Part shown: one piece after another, positions 12,202-24,731 of the stretch
Position numbering within the stretch: the stretch's first letter is position 1
How the letters are laid out: each line of letters opens with the position of its first letter
From: Chrysomallon squamiferum
Lineage: Eukaryota; Animalia; Mollusca
Assembly (NCBI GenBank): GCA_012295275.1
Contig: CM022675.1
Coordinates: 3,224,001 to 3,288,000, forward strand
Direction of reading: 5' to 3'
Length of the DNA stretch: 64,000 nt
Notes under the pieces: model-generated
Databases searched by the model: none
Seen by the model: only the letters and a program-made list of their open reading frames with translations
Told to the model about the DNA's origin: nothing
Translations under genes and position numbers: made by a program

Positions 12202-15200
12202 GTTTAGAAGTTTATTAATTACAGCTATTTGCGTGTATTAAATGACGTCACATGGGATACACGTTTTATACATGTCATCAACATAGTTCTGCAGAGAGAG
12301 AGATTAAATGACGTCAGTTTGTTTAGTAAGTAAACATGGGATTACAGCTACTCTGCGTGTATTAAATGACGTCACATGGGATACAGCGTTTTATACATGT
12401 CATCAACATGGAGAACAACTGTACAGTACGTCAGATATTACATCACTGAGTGACGTCACAGCAGGATCTTACTGGATTGGAGCTAAAGTTCAGTACAGTT
12501 CATGGATGTGGACAGGTGAAATAAATATTTATTAGTTAACTGAGCAGTTACTCAGACCAAAAGTTATGGCATCTGTGAATATGCAGTTGTATTAAATTTA
12601 AATTTAATATGAACAAGTTTATTAGTAAATTTATTAGTAAAATATCAGTATATTTGTAATTGTTGATATTGTTTAATAAATGTACATTTATTGTACTTAG
12701 ATAATTTAAACATGAGCGTTGATATTTGTTCTCCTGCTACAAACAGATTGACTTTATCTAGTCAGGTGATTTAAAATACGTCCACTAAGAATAACTAATT
12801 AACGCAGACACCTAATTAAGATAAAAATGGTGTATTTATGACATTTAATCTTCTTTTCTTAGCACACACATATTAACACACACATATACACACACGCACG
12901 CACAGATGATTTCTTCTTTTTTTTTGTTGTTGTATAGTTGTGGTTGATTTTTCCTTCCTTTTTAAATTATTAGTATTAATATTATTATTATTGGTGGTGT
13001 TGTTATTGTTATTATTAGTAGTAGTTATTATTATCATTGTTATGATTATTATCATTCTTATTATCATCATTATCATCAATAATATCGTTATTATCATTAT
13101 TATTTTATTGTTGTTATTATCATTGTTGTTGTTGTTTGTATTGTTCTTATTTTGTAGCAGTAGTAGTTGCTGTTGTTTTGTTTGATATTAGAATGGTTAT
13201 AAAAGTCCGACTAACAAAACAGGAATGAGAAATAAAGTGAATGCAATTGTATAATATATAAATGTGTGTCCTAGTGCATATCTGTGTGTTGTGTCTTCAT
13301 GTATTTGCCAAATACAGTTTCCATATAAAATTATTGCTTACATTGTAAAATCGATTATATTAAACAAGTGAAATTTTCTTTACAGCGGATAATACACCAC
13401 TGTTTGATTACATTGGAGAAGAAAATGAACATTCAGTATCTGCACAGTTTTATGAAATCAAATATGACAACCAGGCAAGCCGATGTTACTACGAATGTCA
13501 ACACAACAACATTATTGTAATATATGTGGGACTACAGGTTGGTAACATAGATTAAATACATATTTACATAAGAGAGACATACGTACACACATACATATAT
13601 GTGCATAGGTGTAAACAAACATATATACTTACATACGTATATATGTAACTACATACATATACATATAAACTTTAAAACAGTTCTTAGTACTAAAAGAAAA
13701 AGAATATCTGGTTGTCAAATAAATATTTATTACAGTTTAGCAGCAAAGGTTCTTTTACATGAACACAGTTATAGCATTATCTCCGATTAATATGTTACTC
13801 TGTTTGGAACGGGAAACGTATTGAACTGATGTGAAAGTGATAAGAAAGTATCTTTATTTTAACACGTGTTATATTTATTATTTTAAATGTTTGTGTTACA
13901 GAGTGAGAAGTGTTACTGTTTTATCTTGATGAGCTTGATTCCAGTTCCCTTTGAAACTGTTCAAAGAGAAAATAAAACTGCTTGTCTAGGAAACTTCAAA
14001 GAAAACTGTGGGACTGAAAGCACAATGAGTATTTATAAAACAGGTAAAATCTTGTTTACGTCTGTAGACCTTTCTGTGCTCATCTCTTTCGGCAGTTTTG
14101 AGTATTTATTTATTTAGAAGAGGTTTTTTTTTTTTTTTTTTTATTGACACCTTAGGGTTTGATGACAATCCTGTTGCCATAGTGATTCGGAATTCAAGAT
14201 ATTTCAATGTCTTTTGATGTGTATTTAATTTAAAAACGGAATTAATTTATTCTTGATATCATTTTGCAAATAGAATCATAAAAATAAAATACCACTATAA
14301 TGCGAATTTATTATTTTATTCTTATATTTCCCAAAATATATTTATTTATTTAAATATTTATTTTATTTTAAGTTATTTATTTATTTATTTATTTATTTAT
14401 TTGTTTATTTATTTATTTATTTATTTATTTATTTTGTTATTATTTTATTTTTTTTATTTTATCTGTTGCTGTTTCTTGTTTGTTTTTTGTTTATTGTTTT
14501 TTTCTTGTTGTTGTTCTATTTTATTTATTTATTTACAGATTTCACAATCAGATATGTTACGTGGTTACTTGATGTTGATGGTGTTTGTGGCTACATTGAA
14601 CAAAGTGGAAATATTTTTGTGAAAACAGACAAAAACTGTAACACACAGAGAGGATTTGTCTGTGACTGTGAGTGAATATTTCTGTTTCAGTATTGTTATG
14701 TTTGTAAATATAAATTTCACAAAAACATTATTTATTTTTAGTAAAAATCGTTTATTATTATTTATTTATTTATTATTATTATTATTATTTTGTATTTGAT
14801 GTTATTGTTGGTTTCCTTTGGTTTGGGGGATTTTCTTTACTTTTTTTCTAGAACATTTCTCGGTGTATGTGGTGAATGTCTATAATAGTCGATAAAATGT
14901 TTTATTACAAAGCAAATTTATATTCCATAGATATATGTTCTTTTTATTTCAAATATGTTACCTTGACGTTATTTGTTTCTTCGTTTATTACAGGTAGTAG
15001 AAATTACAACAGTACTTCGTGTTACCATCATGATCAGACTCACAGCTGGTTTTCATCTAAAGCAACTTGCTCATTAACAAAACTAAATAAAAACAATCCT
15101 GCAGTAATTAGACTAAAAATGGCGGGTTCTCAGCAGTACTGGATTGGACTAAAACGTGACAAACAAATAGTTTGGTTTGACAGTTTTTACAGTGAGTAAT

Positions 15201-18200
15201 TGTAAAACTGATTCACTCTTAAATCAAAAACTGTTTTTAATTTTTATATATATTCTCATTTTCCTGTCTTTCCTTGTTTTAAGTCATTCTAATTTTGTTT
15301 ATTTACGTTTTTATTTATTAATTATTTTGATATTTCTTTTATTATAAATGTTGTTTTTAGTTTACTTATTTGGTCTACTTGCTACTTATATTAAACAATA
15401 CTGTTTCCAGTTGTTTAATTAAATAGAAAGCTACTTTTATTTCAGAATATGTATCACTGAATATAAACATTACTCAAAATGGCTGTGTGTTGTTAAAAAA
15501 ATCCACAAACGGCAAAATTTCATTTTCAATTATTAACTGTAGTGAAGTCCACTCCGCCATATTTATTAATGGTAAGTATTATTTATTTTTATTTATTTAT
15601 TTAATGTAATCATACACCAGTGTTTCTGAAGTATTTTAATCAGTATTCAATGAATATCATAAAGAATATAATATATGCAAATGACGACTTTCCATCCACT
15701 TGTCAGCATTAACCATTCAGTATTTGAAAATATGAATATGTTATCATCTTCTTTTTTATAGTCACTTACAGGATGTAAACATATTAAATTTGTTTTTAGA
15801 AATTTTCTAAAGAACTAAAACGAAACTGATAATAAGCAATCCTCAAAGGTATTCAGTTACAGTTTTCGTCGAGAACCTGTGGATATTTTATTTGCTCCTT
15901 CTCATTAACAGACGGTTATTGACACTTAATTTGTTAATTGATTTATGAAGCACTTGACGAAACAAGCAATAACCAAATGTGCACTGAGGAAGGTCTAACG
16001 GTTAAACAAATAATGGTAATCGTTTATGACAGTATTGTCTGTGTATAATAGTAAATTATGGTTAAAATTTATTTAAATATTGTCGATAAAATAGTTTTAA
16101 ATACTTAGTTACATATTTTGTATATTACAGATTCCAGTTTTCAAATATCTAACATTCCAAGCAGTGAAACAAACAAAATAAGTCCAGGTATTAAAAACAA
16201 TGTATTTTTAATCTTTGGATTATTTTATATTAAGAAATTTATAAAAGTGGATGGATGGACGGATATATAGATACACATGTTAATACAGACTGTAAATATA
16301 GATAGCTATTTGTTCTTAGCTGTTGGAAATCTTACTCTTTTTTTTTTTATTTTCTAATTTTTTTGTCGATTTGAAATTAATAATTCTTGTAAAACAATTT
16401 TGGACTTCTCGCTTTCTTTTGTACTGAAACAATCAAATATTCTGATGAATAAAAAGTGATGACCTAAAACGTTTCCAGATCAAAAAATTGTTCTTATATT
16501 ACCAGATACCAGTTAAACTAAAAAATCTGATTTTGATTTTATTCAGATCAAGATCTGTTCACAAAATGTTCATCATGTTTATTAATACGTTGTTAAAACA
16601 TTTGATTTTATCTCCTTCAAATCTGTTAGTTGCGAGTTCCTCTAAAATAACAACTTCAAGAGAAGACAAAACAGTCAAAAATCCCCTTCATTAGAAACGT
16701 CTTAAAGGGAGGCAACTTTGTTCCCTTCAGTATTACATAAAATCATTATTTAATTTAAAAAATACTTATTAACTTCTTTAAATTTATGATTAAACCATTG
16801 TTAGTGTAATTTTCAAATACAAAACATAACTTTTGAAACATTTTTAAAATAATGTATATACATACTTGATGTTAACAGAGAATTCTAACAAAATAATAAA
16901 ATATTAGATATTATTTATTATTATACTGAAATTAATAATAGCAGAAGTGTAGAAGTTGTTTTATTACTTCAGTTTTTGTATTTGTTAAGATTAGGAGTGG
17001 CAGTGTTAATTCTTGTTGCTGTTACTATAGTACTACTAGTAAAATAAGTTATATTAATTTTGTTTTTATTATGACAATAGTAGTAGTATTGCTATTGTTG
17101 TTGCTGTTTATTATTATTTTTATCACTATCATCATTTATATTGTCATCATCATTATAATTGTCATTACTACTACTATTACTACTATTATTATTTGTTTTG
17201 TTGTTGTCATTGTTATTGTAATTATTGTTGTTCTTGTTAATATTCTTGGTTTTATCAATATGTTGTTCTTGTTAATGTTATTATTGTCGTTTGTAATTGT
17301 TACTGTTAATATTCTTTTTATTATTGTTTTTATTGTTGTTACTGTTGTTGTTGTTTTTGTTGTTGTAGGTGCTGATGATACAAAATCTCAGATTCTTATT
17401 GAAAATGAAAACGATCAAACAGGTACAATTCCCAAAATGACTGTATTTTAGTTTTCAATATTCATTTGTATACTTTGATGAATGTACTTGCACAAAATTA
17501 TTAAACAAAATATATATATATCTTACCTCTGTAAGAAAAATAAAGAAAAAAGAAATATGTAAAATTTAAAAATACTTCCTCTAAATTTTGACTGTAATAC
17601 TAACCTTAAACAAAACTAATTTAAAATAATTATACTGTCAATAACAAAATAGTCAATACTGATTTATAAATATTCATTTATATTATAATTTATATTGCAG
17701 TTTAGGTTATTAATACGTTATTGTTGTTGTTGTTGTTGTTGTTGTTATTATTATTATTATCATCATCATCATTATTCTTTATAAATGTTTTCGTTTGTTT
17801 GTTTGTTTATTTATTTATTTATTTATTTATTTATCTGTGTAGGTGTTGCTGTGGGTGTTTGTATTACTCTAATTCTACTTGTAGTTGGAGCTGTTGTTGT
17901 GACAGTCTGGATGAAAAGGTAAACAAACACATCCACGTTACAAGCTTATTTAAAAAAAAAAAAAAAAAAAAAACGAAAAAAAATTATTCAACTGCGACTA
18001 TTCCTAATTATTTATTTATTTATTTATCTTTTTAATTTCTTTGTTATATTTATTTGCATGTCTATTCATTTTTTTATTTTTTTTTTTTTTGCTTGTTTCT
18101 TTTTTCTTTTTCCATTTTTTTCTCTCTCTCTCTTCAGATCACATAAATTTTGTTTCAAGATTAAACAAGAAAGCAGCATGACTCGACAAATCAGATCTGT

Positions 18201-18762
18201 GAATCAGCAAAATTTGTCAGATTACGATGAGATCAAACCAGGAACTGTTTCAAATTACGAGTTTGAAACTCTAACAAATGTTACCATGGCAACCAAGCCA
18301 AACTCCAGTGACTACGAACTTGCAGCTGATGTGAATACAGCGAATGTTCAAACAAGCTCCAGTGACTATGAATTGGCAACCACTATGGATGCAGCAACTG
18401 CTCAAACAAACAACAGCTACTACAACGACATTGATGAAGATGACTACAAAGTCCTAAATAACAGTCAAATAAACAAGAATGTCAACTACAACCACACTGA
18501 CATCAACGTTGAAGGTGATTATGATAGAACTGAATCAAAACCAAAGTCCATGTCTGTTCATGACAAAACATACAACCACATCAGAGACGTCATGGAAGGT
18601 GATTACGATACAACAGCATCAAAGTCAACATCTTCTTGTGATGAGACATACAACCACATCACTGCTGTAACTGAAGACGACTACAACATCGCTGAGATGG
18701 ATCTGAAAAATGCTGACTACACCAGTGATGATTATAACCACCTTAATTCTGTGAGAGGTTGA
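11417..18762 (+). CDS. Paralog C: CTLD(WSC-inserted)-CTLD-stalk-TM receptor with long Tyr-rich tail, about 601 aa
   Basis: Exons 11417-11495 (signal peptide MAEVWSTSRLLLTTFGGILYQLLSAS), 12348-12515, 13386-13537, 13902-14043, 14539-14667, 14994-15191, 15446-15571, 16131-16187, 17369-17422, TM 17843-17918, tail 18138-18762. All GT-AG, total 1806 nt, open frame. The stalk exon at ~16630-16735 is decayed and assumed skipped. Confidence 0.8.
11650..12100 (+). repeat. Tandem partial duplicate of the paralog C upstream region and exon 1, inside intron 1
   Basis: A second gggtgtcATGGCTGAAGTATGG at ~11882 with an internal deletion of exon 1. Flanks repeat 11200-11660. Confidence 0.7.
12130..12198. 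repeat. (GA)n microsatellite in intron 1 of paralog C
   Basis: Perfect GA run just upstream of exon 2. Same position as the GA run in paralog E. Confidence 0.95.
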
Positions 18763-19469
18763 TTATGTTAATAATTCTGTTTTTTTTTGTCATTTCTTGA
18801 TTTCACTGGAAGAAGAGATGTTGTATTAATTTGTAATATATGATTATATGGTGACATACAGTGTCTAAGAATCATAAAAAAATGAAGAGGAAACCTGATG
18901 TTAACACAACATGTATTACTCTTTTTATTATTATTAACAAGATTTATACACTCTCATAGACAGGAAAACCAGTCACGAGGTATTAGCTGGAACAGGAAAT
19001 ATTTTGTGTGACCAACTCTGAATTACACAAATTTCACATAATTATAGCTTTTATATTAATTATTGTTGGCTTCTCTTTAATTTCTCAAACTGTTTTTATC
19101 ATCACGGAAGCAAAGGCTGTTCAGTACTGACATTACCAGACAATCATTTTAACAATAACCTTAAATGCCAGCAAACATGCCAGCATCACTAGTTGGAACT
19201 GGAATTAATGAAATAAATCTCACAGAGACAACACATCAATATTATACTTCGTTTTTCTAGTGAAAATTTTAACTGTGAAAAGTAGTTGTGTGTTTTGCAT
19301 TTTTATGAATAATGAGTAGTTTGCATTTAATAAGTAAGTGAAATATTTATCAGTTATCAGGTGTCACAGGTAAATATGTGTGTCTTTATATACTGAGATA
19401 GATAGACAGAGAGATAGATAGATAGATAGATAAATAGATAGGTAGATAGGTAGATTGATAGATAGATAG

Positions 19470-19517
<48 letters not shown>

Positions 19518-19665
19518 AATGTTAAATTAATCTGATTCATTTGTGTTTCAGTATTTTTCTGAATATGAAAGTAAAAACATATTTCTGCAGCCTATGCAAT
19601 ACATGTGTAAAAGTTTTATTTTAACTAGCAGACTGAGTATTTCACTGAGTGAAAGTTTATTTGTT

Positions 19666-20009
19666 TTAATCTTCAACGTTTGAACCCATTACGCAATAAA
19701 CATGTTCTGTTTCATGTGGCACGTTCATGTACTCATTTTGAGAACTTTGAGTTCTGTTGAGTCGCTCATAATTTGAGTCACTGATTGCACTGTTCTCAGT
19801 TTCTGTTACTGTTGTCGGAGTCACCGAGTTGTCGCCGTTGAGAGCGACGTCTGCTGACTTTTATTGAAAACAAAAAACAGTTTTCCTGCAATAAGAAATA
19901 AACTGCCTGAGAGTTAGAAAAATATATATAAATTTTTAATATTTTTTTTTAAATGATTATTATATTATTATTATTGTTATTATTATTTTATTATTGTTAC
20001 TATTACTAC

Positions 20010-20041
<32 letters not shown>

Positions 20042-22574
20042 TTATTATTATTTATTTGTTTCTTTGGTGTTTCTTTTTTATATATAATATCTATACATTA
20101 AGTAATTTTAACAATTGAAACATTATTATATTAATACAAAAACGTATCTCATGTCGTCAGTCAAGAACGGTAACTCTATTTACCTTTTCATATAAACAAG
20201 AGCGACAACTGTGCACACTACTAAAAGTATAATGACAGCTACAGAAACACCAACAGCAACGTCTGCAAAAATATAAATTTATAAACTACAACAACAAAAA
20301 TTTAAATAAATATTATCCATTAGCAACAAATGTTTGCTAACGTACATGTTTCCAATGAAAATACGAATACATACTCTATTATATATATATATATATATAT
20401 CGTGTGTGTGTGTGTGTGTGCTGACAAAGGAGAGTGTGTTTATACATAAACATTTGTCATTTTAACCATATATACAGATAAATCTTTTGATCTGGAAACA
20501 TTTTTGGTCATCACTCGAATTCGGCATATTATCATCAGAATATTTTATCAGCTCAATAAATATATTTCAACAACAATGAAACAACACTCCATAATTGCTT
20601 CACAAATCGTCCAAAAACAACACAAACAAAAAACCTATCTATATATCTATATGTATTTATGTATATCTCTTTCTATCTATCCATCTATCTGTCTTATCTA
20701 TCTCTCTTTCTCGATTTCTGTGTGTCTGCTATTACTGCTACTCCTACTATAAAAAATGCATCAGTTCTGCTATTATTAATTTCAGTATGATAATAAATAA
20801 TATCTAATATTTTATTCTTGTGTTAGAATTCTTTGTTAACGACAAATACGTACACACGTTATTTTATACATGTTACGGTATTTCATTTAATATTTGGTTT
20901 GTTAAGTTTCAAAAGTTATTTATTTGGGTGTTTGTGAAATTACTCTAACAATGGTTTAATCATAAATATCAATTATGATTTTAAACAAATTATTAATTAA
21001 GTATTTATGAAGGGAAATAATTGTTTTACTTATTACAGAAATAAACGCTGTTGTCTCCCTTCCAGAGTTTTCAGATGCAGACGACTCGAAAACAGTTTTA
21101 TCTTCTCTTGAAGTTGTTATTTCAGAGGAACTTGGAATTAACAAATTTGAATGAGATAAAGCCGTATATTTTAACTTATTTAGAAAATGTTTAGATCATA
21201 ACTGGAATATGCCATTTTATTATTACAGATTATAACTGCTTTAAAAACAGTCCAAAAAAAATAATTAAATAGAAAGAAAAAAATGAAAGAAAGAACAGCA
21301 AACAAAAACGAAAAGCACCATATCTGTATATCTATAACTGTATCTATATATTTGTATGGAAGTATGTATGTATCCATAAGTCTATGCGTATGTCTGTCTG
21401 TCAGTCGATCTCTTTTTAATAATTTCATAAAATAGAATTATCCAAAGATTAAAAACAGATTAGTATTAATACCTGGACTTGGAAGGTTAGATGTTCGAAA
21501 CCTGGAATCTATAAAATATAAAATATAAAATTATGTTTTTAAAAATTATTTTTATTGACAGTATTAAAATATCTGTCAGTCTAAGTTTACTATCATACAC
21601 TGACCATACTGTTGTTAACGAATGCCATTATTTGTATAACTATTGCACCTAAACTTCCTCAGTGCACAATGGGCTATTGCTTGTTTCATCCAGCGCTTCG
21701 TAAATTATTTAGTATAAGTGTGAATAAACTTCTGTCAGTAAGATTGAGTATAGTTTCTAACTGAATACCAAATATAGCCATTTATTTATAATTCTGGAGA
21801 AAATACATATACATACATATATTAATATCCAGTAGATGATGACAAACAAGTAATCGGTTTGTTCAGATATACAAAAGAGGTTTATAGGCTCAGATTTTCA
21901 AAGAATCACTAGTTATGAATAAAATAATAAATGAATAAATGAATAAATAAATAATACTTACTAATAATACAAATGGCGGAATGGTGGGTACTGCAGTTAC
22001 TGATTAAAAATGAAATTTAGCCACTTGAGGATTTTTCTAACAACACGCAGCCATTTTGTTTGATGTTTATATTCAGCGTTTTATCTTCTAAAATTGAAAT
22101 AATATAATCAAAAGAAGAAGAAGATCAAACTAACAAACACAACCTAGTAAAAATAATGTTTCTCTTCGTCTTAACTTGAACAAAATAACTCACTGAAATG
22201 ACTGTCAATCCGGACTATTTGTTTATGACGTTTTAATCCAATCCACTATTTTGTATTAATCCAATCCACTATACCATAAAAGTCGTCTTACTATTTCAGC
22301 GTTATTTCTGTTTAGTTTTGCTAACACACAGCTTGAATTAGATGAAAACCAGCTCTTAGTCATGTGATGATTGTAACATGAGTTCCTAGAATAGTCTCCT
22401 GTACCTGAGGAAAAAAACAAAGAAAAAATATTTAAATTATTGTACATAGCAACATGGTGTTTTAAATGAAACGATGCTAATCGAACACAAGAATATGTGT
22501 TAAACTATGTAATTTATGAAATAATTTTTAACAGTTTTAGGTGATATTTTGTTTTAGAATTGTATATATTATTA

Positions 22575-22607
<33 letters not shown>

Positions 22608-24698
22608 TATAATTATAATAATAATAATTAAGAATTTTAAAAATTAATTTTACTGAGCACAATTGTTATGCCTAAAAATAGTTTTGGATAAAATTGTATC
22701 TTATCTTCGTGTACATCTCAGTAACAGCTGAAAGCTTTATTAACATGTCATTGAACTTACAAACTGCATTTAAGAGCAACCTAAAAATATATTCTACCTT
22801 CCATGCACTGTCTGTTTTCTAAAGGGAGGGAGGGGGAGAACAGAAGTTTTAGTTTTGGATAGTGTACGTACTAAGAGGAATAAGATTACAATCGTAGCTA
22901 TGTTCGATCATGTTTTTTCATTTCGATTTCGATTGACACACATGTCATCTGAATATGATGATTAAATCGAAATAGTTCTTGTTATTGCTTGGTTCATCCC
23001 AAAACTACCGCCGATTTCTCATCTTTTTTCTCAGTTTTCAAGTCCTTGTTTCCAGTTTTTATACTACAGTTATCACTTCTCCTTAATACTGATACACTTT
23101 CTTGTTGTCCTGTGTTAAGTTAAAAGAAAACGTTTATCCACAAGAAAACAAACAAACAAACAATCCTATATTACCTCCCCTAAAACAACAACAGAATTAC
23201 ACAAAACAAGCAAAAACCAAAAAAAGCAAAACAAAGGAAATGTCCAGTAAAAAACTCCCAAACAAACAGAAAAACAAAATAAAACCACTGAAATGATGCC
23301 AACTATGCTTACAGATTAACGAAAATTGAAGCAATAGATGTGACCTTTATAATGCGCTTTGAAACGGCACTGCTTTGAACTTAGGCGAATCTGAAACATC
23401 CATCAGTTTATAATCAGTGTTAACTCAGTGCTGTTTGTGTACGCCAGAAATATGTAATATTCAAGTACCAAATGCCAGTTTTATAATCCCAGTTCATGTG
23501 GCAATTCCTTAGTACAAAATATTACTTTGACGTTTGTACTTCAGTTTCAGCAAGGACCAAATCCGTACATAGTCTCGGATTCAATGGTTTCTCTGTCATG
23601 AACTCCTTTTCTAAGTCATTCATGTCAAACATCATGTTAAAGCTGTTTGCTGATGCTGGACTTTCATTGTGTACCGTATGATACAAATTTAGTAAATCGA
23701 ACAAATAGCATTCATAGCATTTTTATTAGTTTCTTCTTTTTAGCTGTCATCTTCGAGTTTTTGACAACCTTCTTTCCGTCACGTTTAAATAAAAATAACT
23801 GTGGCATTTAACATAATGAAAACTGAGATATCTGAACATCTGCATTTTGGAAAAATCATGGATGTGAATTTTCCTGCTAGTGTCAGTTGTGTTGTGAGCA
23901 TCAAGAGTGGCAGTTGATAAATTACACGTGTGTACACGTCAGTCGAAAACGTTCAAAATACGTGAACACGAATACGAATAAAATATTTAGAAATGTTTTG
24001 AAGAGCAAAGAATATAAAAATTAAGTAACCTGCAGAACATCATAATTATTACTGTAAATCAGTCGGGTCACCTCACTGTGCTCGACCTGTTCAATCCACT
24101 TTTCGGTGACATACTTCGCAAATCTTAAAACTTGTGGATTCTCTAGATCGGCTTGGATTCCCATTTTAACGACACTGATTATAGCGACTGAAGTGTTCGG
24201 CCGTATTACTTAATGTTTTCTAATCCCTACAGACTGCGGGCACAGTGAGGTTAACCCAATCAGTCAGTTAATATAAAAAAAAGTAAAAAACATGTTATAA
24301 TATTGTTCTTAATTAATCAGGTCAGTTTCACTATATTATAAGTGAAAATATTCAAAATGTAAAACGTATATAAACTATTCAAATATGAACGCTTTAAAAC
24401 TGGCTTTGAATGTGTATAAGGGATTATGTGTCTAAACTGCATATTAAAATGGTTAACTCACAGTTACAAATAAATCCTTTTTTTGTTTCACAGTCCTCTT
24501 CTGTTTTGATTATTAATTTGGATGAATCTTGTTTTACAAATCCACATATACCGTGAATACCCAAATCGACAGATATATCTGTAAAAACAACAACAAAAAA
24601 ACAACAACAAACAATTAATTATATACATACTAGTAACAGTGGAATATCAGTAATGGTAGAAATAGTTATAATACAGTTAGTGCAGTAGTAGTAGTAGC

Positions 24699-24731
<33 letters not shown>

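Noticed and set aside
18058-18137. Hydrophobic N-terminus of ORF 18058-18762 resembling a signal peptide or TM segment
   Set aside because: It is the T-rich intron and pyrimidine tract before the acceptor at 18137. The real TM is exon 17843-17918.
23496-23704. Short ORFs inside the intron 5 insert of D
   Set aside because: No recognisable motif or splice context; likely decayed repeat sequence.
24065-24257. CACAGTG heptamers in inverted orientation, suggesting V(D)J recombination signals or Transib ends inside a receptor gene
   Set aside because: No ACAAAAACC-like nonamer at 12 or 23 bp, no exon between them, present only in pseudogene D, and no RAG/Transib coding sequence recognised.
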